Source: Eremomyces bilateralis CBS 781.70
Lineage: Eukaryota
NCBI GenBank assembly: GCA_010015585.1
Contig: ML975157.1
DNA: 64,000 bases
Reading direction: 5' to 3' (one strand)
This document shows positions 57,471 to 64,000 of this stretch, piece by piece. Under the pieces are notes generated by a model. It made no database searches. It was not told the DNA's origin and worked only from the letters and a program-made list of their open reading frames with translations. The translations under genes and the position numbers were made by a program. Numbering within the stretch: position 1 is the stretch's first letter; each line of letters begins with the position of its first letter.

Positions 57471-59388
57471 TCAGGCTGGGCGTCGGAACGGATGAGCCTC
57501 AGTATTACTGTTGCAAATTGTTAGAAAGAAGCAGGACTCCCACCCGTTGGCGGTTAACTCACAAGACAAACTCATCAAGGCTGACAATGCTGGGCTCGCT
57601 GAAGATGAGGAAGAAGTACTTCAATGTCTCCGCTGTCCAGAACGACTCGCATGTATCGAGCCGTTCGGGATCATTCACGGTGACGTCCGCAATGGCAGCA
57701 TACGATATGGGAGTCCTCGCAGCCTTTTCGATGGCCTGGAACATCTGCCATGCTTTGTCTTGGAGCCTGCGATCTCCTGTGATTCGGTAAAGGATGAAGA
57801 TCGACTCAATCGCTTCCGGCCTATGACGTATTAGCAAGTCCGAGGATTTGAAAAGGGAGAGGAAGAAGAAAACGCGGTCTCACCTAAGAATGTACCTCTT
57901 GTCCATAACCTCCGTGAATCCTTGGCTGAGTTTGGCCTGAACGACCCAATTCTCGGCGAATGCGACCTTATTTTCGTCATCCTTAGGACCAGCAGCCTTA
58001 TGATTCATATCAAAGATGCCTTTCAGCCACGCCTCCCTTGACCACTCGCAGTCATGCGGATCTTTACAAGGCATGACTCGGAACGTTTCCGGCATGATTC
58101 CAGAGGGCATCGACTCATACGCCCAGATACAACCGTCCACCAACTGGCGAGCAGTGGTGAGCTCCTCAGGCCGAGAGAAGATCTTGGCACCAAGAGCAAC
58201 CATGCCACCCACGAAGCAGGTGAGGTGCTGGCCCTGGGGATCTTGCTTTAGAGCACCGAACGAGCTCTTCCTCACACTTCCGGAGATCAAGATGTCTTGG
58301 TTCCCCGGGGTGAGCGGACGGAAGAAAAGATGCTCTTTCGCGGCCTCGATCGCGAACTCATACATCTGCGCATATTGCTGCGTGGTTCCACCGAGAAGGA
58401 GGTGCTCTTTCGGCAGATATTCGTACAAACTATCTGCCATGCCACCAAGGGTGAAGCTGCGGTCTTCGGTGAATCGTAACTTCTTGGCGTTCAGCGCCAC
58501 GGGCCAAAGTCCAGGGATATGGGTGTCGTTTTGCTGCTCTGCAAGTGCGTCGGTAATCCGCTGTACCGCGTCGTAGTACTTCGGTTCCCCGGTGAGCTGG
58601 GACAAGCGTGTAAATTCGAGGGATAGAGACCCAAGTTCCGCAGCAAGTATGTGTGATTGCGCCGTTTGACCATGGTATCGCTGACCCGCTGCCCAGTCCC
58701 AGCGAGCGAGGGGCATTCGATTGGGCGTATCGAAAGCTCCGTACAAGATGTCGCCCAACTGCCGGGCTTTGTCCAGCAGCAGCGAATATTGCCCTCCGCT
58801 GAGATCATACGCGCTCAAAAGCCCACCAAGATAGCGGATGGTGGTCTCGAAAACATTAAGCGTAGCCAGATTCGATGCGGAAAAATCGATTGTTATCAAC
58901 GCCCGAAGAGAACGCACAAACTCTTCGTGCAAGCCCATGATATATAATGTATCCAGGCTGTCGACTAACGTGGCGCCCCAGCCCCCGAAATCGTTTTTAT
59001 ATTCGCCGGAAAGGGGGCCAACCTCATCTTGCAGCCACGCATGAGCCTTGTAACCCTTCCATGAATGCAAGAAGGCCTTCTTGACCGCGCCCAACCTCTT
59101 TAAACGCTCTTTCGACTGACTTGCCGTCTCCGGTTCGAAATCGTGCTGAATTTTAGGGATCGGAGAGGGCGTGGACGTTGGTAGCTGTATGAGTGACGAC
59201 ACTGGATAGACCTCCGGAAACGTTTGGAAGTGAATTCGCGGTTCTGCTCGCTCGGGGGCCTGTGGCTCTGTTTGCCAAAGACTGCTTGAGAGATCCCATT
59301 GGTCCAAGCGGACAAGCTGGGAGAAGATAAGGAGTCCTGAAACGACAATGAAAAAGACAGCAGCACGCCGACGACCGAAGGGTAGCAT
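57471..59388 (-). CDS. Class I alpha-1,2-mannosidase, GH47 (3 exons)
   Basis: N-terminal anchor; GWGATLVDSLDTL, VFETTIRYLGGLLSAY, ADSLYEYL, LRPEAIES, ESFWTAETLKY, NTEAHPF. Confidence 0.95.
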
Positions 59389-60256
59389 CTTGGTTCAACG
59401 CCTCGTGTGACCCAAGAATTGCGTAAGATACCTACGTTATACACATAGATTGGAATGAAAGGAACCACTTCTATTGTAGGCCGTCCATTCGGAGCTCTGA
59501 CCGGAGCGATCCCGAGGCAATGGGAGCAAGAGCGACAAGGAACGGAAAGAAATAAGGGGTGACCATCAAGGCTAATACGAAGAACTCAGGAAATCTCGAC
59601 AATATGATATCAATGCGAACTGAAGCAAGGAAAGGTAAATCAATGCTTAAAAATGGCGACTTTGGATAAACTTGAACCGAACCACAAAGGAAGATGGATG
59701 AAACAGGCACAAATAACTGGAGAAATCCTACACCCGCATTGACAGAATTGTGGTGATATTTGTTGATGGGCGTGGCGTCGATAAAGTTGAAAGCACAATG
59801 AGGCAAGGATCCACATGTCACTGACGTACAACTGCCAACTCGAAATACGAAGCGGCAGCAGATGGGGAAAGCCCCGCCCCCTGACTAAATCTAGTTAGGA
59901 TCAGCGTAGGAACACCAACCCTACGTTCTGCCAATCCATCATCACACAATTTATACTAAGGTCGAAAACCAAGTTCTCAAAACATCCAGTGTGCACTGCA
60001 TCGAGTCAAGAGGAGGATGGTCCCGAGACTCCGAGAGCACAGCATATCGAATTGGGATCTTGAGAGCCGAAGTACAGTTTAGTACACAACGCAATCACCG
60101 ACTCGAGAAGCCTCCAGCGATTTAGCAATTCAGCGATTCAGCGTTCTGCGGATCCACGGAAATGGAACACGATTTAAATGTGAGGTAGTTCGAAATTCGC
60201 ATCGTGACATCGGGTGTGTGGGGAGTCTTTGTCGGGCAGCTTGCCTACGGTAGTCG

Positions 60257-61070
60257 ATGGCGGCAATATTGTGAGAGATGAGATACCGCTGGATCTGACC
60301 ATCCTCTAATAAACGCCAGAGTTCTACATTTGCCCGACACTGTAGAGTCGAACCGGCTACAGACAGTCACCGACGCTCTCGTGACCCGTAATGCAACCCC
60401 TACTGGAGCCTGGCATCTGCAACAGTATCTCTTTCGGCGTATACGGAATCCAGCCGATGATCAAAATGCTCGAGTACAGCATATCGTTTCCATGAGCCAC
60501 TTTCCGGATCAAGCGTTCATCTGCATCTCCAGACCGCATCTTGCACAGAATGGCGAAGACAGTGAGGTTGGTACCTTTACCCCGTTGGATCCAGCTTATG
60601 TCAATTCCGCGGCTGTTTTCCTTCCGACACCGCAGATGGACTCTTATATCGGTATGATCAGGCGGCAGTTCGGGCTTCTTTGGGACGCGGGTCCACGTCT
60701 GGCGCTCGCGAATGGATCGACCTGGGAGCTCGACGATTTTACGATTCGGGTCGGAGACCTTCGCCAGACGGCACGCGGATCGAATCAAGAGCATGGTCGA
60801 GGACTGTTGGTTGAGATTTGCCTGTACTCGGAGACCATTGAAGATCGCGAACCTGATCGGAGTATTCCAGCGAATTCGATCATCGAGATACTACGTCATC
60901 AACCGGCCCGTGAGATGACACACCATCAGTTTGCTGCATTGAGGACGGTTGATGAATTCTGGGATTCCTTGGGCATCGCAGGAGCGAGGAAGGCTGGTGG
61001 GATCGCATTAGATGCTCGAGGATACGACGAAATCAGGTTGCTCTGTGATATCTTGCGACTGAGAAGCTGA
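60257..61070 (+). CDS. Mediator subunit Med20/Srb2-like (exons 60257-60270, 60320-61070)
   Basis: NGSTWELDDFTIRVGDLRQ...GRGLLVEI matches the Med20 core as I recall it; short first exon MAAIL splices in frame. Divergent sequence. Confidence 0.65.
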
Positions 61071-61403
61071 GGCGAAGACCATGTTTATTATACTATGAGC
61101 AATCGGAATATATAGTACTCAAATCCAGAAATGCGAATAATAATCCTCTCTCATTTCATTCGAATATTCGGTTGAGTACCTGTATGATAGTTAGCTCATG
61201 TAGTTTCCGCTGGGTCATCCTCCATACTCCGGCAGGGGTTTCCGCTCCGCACTGTCGGGGGTGGGGCGGAACACGCTTTGAGCTCCGAATTTATTTCAAC
61301 CCAGCACGACAACATTTGAGCTTCCACCATACCTCCATGAAGTCGAATATACTTTCACTCTGAGAAGTCCATCTGCCATTTTCTTTCTCAGAACACACAG
61401 ATA

Positions 61404-63171
61404 ATGTCGCTCACCATACCAAATGCTCCCAATGCTGGGCTATTCAAGCCCGGCTACCAGAAGTACAAGGCAACAGAAAGCGGCTCGAATATCGACGGAA
61501 GGCTAACCGTTCTAATAGTTACGACGCCGAAGATGGCGCCGTCATCCGAAACATAGACGCATGCAGAACGATTGCATCAACGGTGCAAACCTCGCTAGGT
61601 CCCTATGGACGGAATAAAATTGTCATCAACCACCTCGCGAAGATGATCCTCACATCCGATGCGGCGACTATATTGCGGGAACTGGAGGTTGTGCACCCAG
61701 CAGCAAAGCTTCTGGTCATGGCAAGCCAGCAGCAAGAGGCGGAGATGGGTGATGCCACTAATATGGTCATTGTATTGGCTGGCGAGCTGTTGAAGAAAGC
61801 CGAAGAACTGATTCGGATGGGTTTGAAAACGAGCGACATTGTTCAAGGATACGAGAAGGCACAGAACCAGGCCTTGAAAATCCTCGAAGGTGAGCGCATC
61901 ATCGTCCGTTGATACCCAGGAACGTCGCTAATATACTGGAAGATCTTGAAATCGACAAGGTAACCGACCTCCGATCCCAAGAGGAGCTCAGCAAAGCCAT
62001 CCGAACCGTTATTGCATCCAAGCAGTCCGGAAACGAAGACCTGCTCGCCGATTTGGTTGCGGAGGCCGTACTTGCCGTCCTGCCCAAGGATCCCATAAAT
62101 TTCAACGTTGACAACGTCCGTGTTGTGAAGATCATGGGAGGGAGTCTCGAACAAAGCAGGGTCGTCAAAGGCATGGTATTCGGTCGTGAACCCGAGGGCA
62201 ATGTCAAGAAGGCCAAGAAGGCCAAAGTCGGAGTCTACACTTGTCCTGTTGACATCAGCCAGACCGAGACAAAGGGGACCGTGTTGCTGCACAACTCAAA
62301 AGAACTCTTGGATTTCACCAAGGGCGAGGAGACGCAGGTTGAAGCCATTGTCAAGGAGCTCTACGATTCCGGTATTCGCGTCGTTATTGCCGGCTCTACG
62401 GTCGGCGAACTTGCGATGCACTACCTGAACCGCTTCGGCATTTTGATCATCAAAATCCTGTCCAAGTTCGAGCTCCGGCGCCTCTGCCGGGTGGTTGGAG
62501 CGACCCCGTTGGCCCGTCTTGGGGCCCCCATGCCTGATGAGATGGGGAGCATCGACATTGTCGAAACCCTCGAGATTGGTGGCGATCGGGTGACGGTCTT
62601 CCGCCAAGAAAACGACCTGACACGAACCGCTACCCTGATCCTTCGTGGTGCGACCCAAAACCATCTCGACGACGTCGAACGCGCGGTCGATGATGGTGTC
62701 AATGTGGTGAAGGCTATCACGAAAGATCCTCGCTTGGTGCCTGGCGCGGGAGCTACAGAAATGCAGCTTGCTGAGAGAATAGGAGCCATTGGCGAGAAAA
62801 CTCCGGGACTGGCTCAGTATGCGATCAAAAAGTATGCTGAAGCATTCGAGGTCATTCCACGGACGCTTGCGGAAAGTGCGGGCTTGGATGCTACGGAGGT
62901 CCTCAGTCGGTTGTACTCTGCCCACGCCTCCAAGGCCGAGGAGGACGACGAAGACTGGACCGTCGGTGTCGATATCGAGAACGAAGATGGAACGGGAACG
63001 CTTGATGCCGCCGATGAGGGCATCTTGGATTTGCTTGTGGCGAAGAGTTGGGCCATCAAGCTTGCGACCGAGGCCGCGCGGACTGTCTTGAGCGTCGACC
63101 AGATCATCGTCGCCAGACAGGCTGGTGGACCTAAGCCGCCGGGACCCAACGCGAATTGGGATGAGGACTAG
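61404..63171 (+). CDS. CCT8: Chaperonin CCT subunit theta (3 exons)
   Basis: MSLTIPNAPNAGLFK, TSLGPYGRNKIVINHL, EMGDATN, SKFELRRLCR, VDQIIVARQAGGPKPP. Confidence 0.96.
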
Positions 63172-63317
63172 ATTGCAGATATGTTCAAGGCATCATCATA
63201 GAGGCGAAAAGGGCGTATACCCACCAACACACTTGGAGTTTATATGGATTGATAGAGCCAATGTATCATGATTTGAGCATACGTCTGGCACGTGCATTTC
63301 CGCCTTAAGATACTGTC

Positions 63318-64000
63318 TCATCCGAACTTGAACGCTACCCCTTCTTTCTTGACCGTGTTCTTTCCTCCACCTGCGTAACCCGTGCCCTCGCTTCTAATCA
63401 GCACAAGACCCGGTTTTCGACCCTTGTCCTTTTTCCGACCCTTTCCATCTTTCCCCTTCTTGCCTTCCTGCTGCTGGCTACTCAGGTCCGCGTCGCAAAC
63501 GTAGCACCTCAGAAGTCCTCCTGATTCACCATTGTGATCCCAGAGGTCCCGCGCCTCCTTGCCCGTCGGATCTACAAACTTTTCGACGCAGGGCTTGCAC
63601 ACAACATGACCACATGGAATGGCTATCATCGCCTTCGCAGCGTTACTGAGCCGCTTCTTACAGCTCGGACACGATGGCGCCGCCTCTCTATCGTTCGATG
63701 TACCGGATTGTGCTTTATCCCTATCGTCCGTTTGGAAATGGACAGGCGTGAGCGTCTTGAGGGAGAACTCATGTTTGGCGTTCGATGCCGAAGCTGGGCA
63801 TATTGCGTGCCATTTACGATCTTTAGTGTCTGGAGCGGCTTCATGTTCGCCACCTCGCACTCGATCGAGCTCATCCGGCGTCTGTGACGGCACCCAGAAG
63901 CTGGGTAGTTGGCTTTTGGCGTTCTTGGCTCGCTTCTCCGCTCTCATCCCCTCCTGTATCCGATTCTGATCTTCTTTTGCGATCCGCAAGAGCTCCGACT
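63318..64000 (-). CDS. NOSIP-like RING-finger protein, 3' part (5' end outside the window)
   Basis: [16 protein letters not shown]...SLKTL..VHF, CPSCKK.LSN...[10 protein letters not shown]...[14 protein letters not shown]. Confidence 0.85.
   Translation of the reverse strand, partial: SELLRIAKEDQNRIQEGMRAEKRAKNAKSQLPSFWVPSQTPDELDRVRGGEHEAAPDTKDRKWHAICPASASNAKHEFSLKTLTPVHFQTDDRDKAQSGTSNDREAAPSCPSCKKRLSNAAKAMIAIPCGHVVCKPCVEKFVDPTGKEARDLWDHNGESGGLLRCYVCDADLSSQQQEGKKGKDGKGRKKDKGRKPGLVLIRSEGTGYAGGGKNTVKKEGVAFKFG

Noticed and set aside
1..64000. tRNA, rRNA or snRNA genes
   Set aside because: None recognised by eye; tRNAscan-SE or Infernal would be needed to exclude them.

Overview
Gene-dense window from a filamentous ascomycete (Pezizomycotina-type genes with short GT-AG introns and CTRAC-like branch points). 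It holds about 28 protein-coding loci, mostly housekeeping: PEX14/17 (partial), PEX26, VPS39, GON7, HbrB/Bit61-like, xanthine dehydrogenase, HET-domain protein, DSC3, VTI1, IES2, AAA ATPase, RDS3/PHF5A, pinin-like, epoxide hydrolase, polyol dehydrogenase, CSN6, family X polymerase, MpaB-like oxygenase, AKAP7-like 2H phosphoesterase, nucleoside transporter, GH47, MED20, CCT8 and NOSIP (partial). There is one intact Fot1/pogo DNA transposon (38104-39949). The most striking signal is the DNA flanking that transposon: it parses completely into TA dinucleotides separated by AC, GT, ACT or AGT, which looks like about 13 stacked excision footprints at one hotspot. Also notable are a head-to-head PEX14/17-PEX26 pair with a CCTCGG site between them, and a tandem pair of orphan coiled-coil plus zinc-finger-like genes (one disrupted) separated by a minisatellite. 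All family calls come from recognising motifs by eye; no database searches were run and splice sites are inferred.
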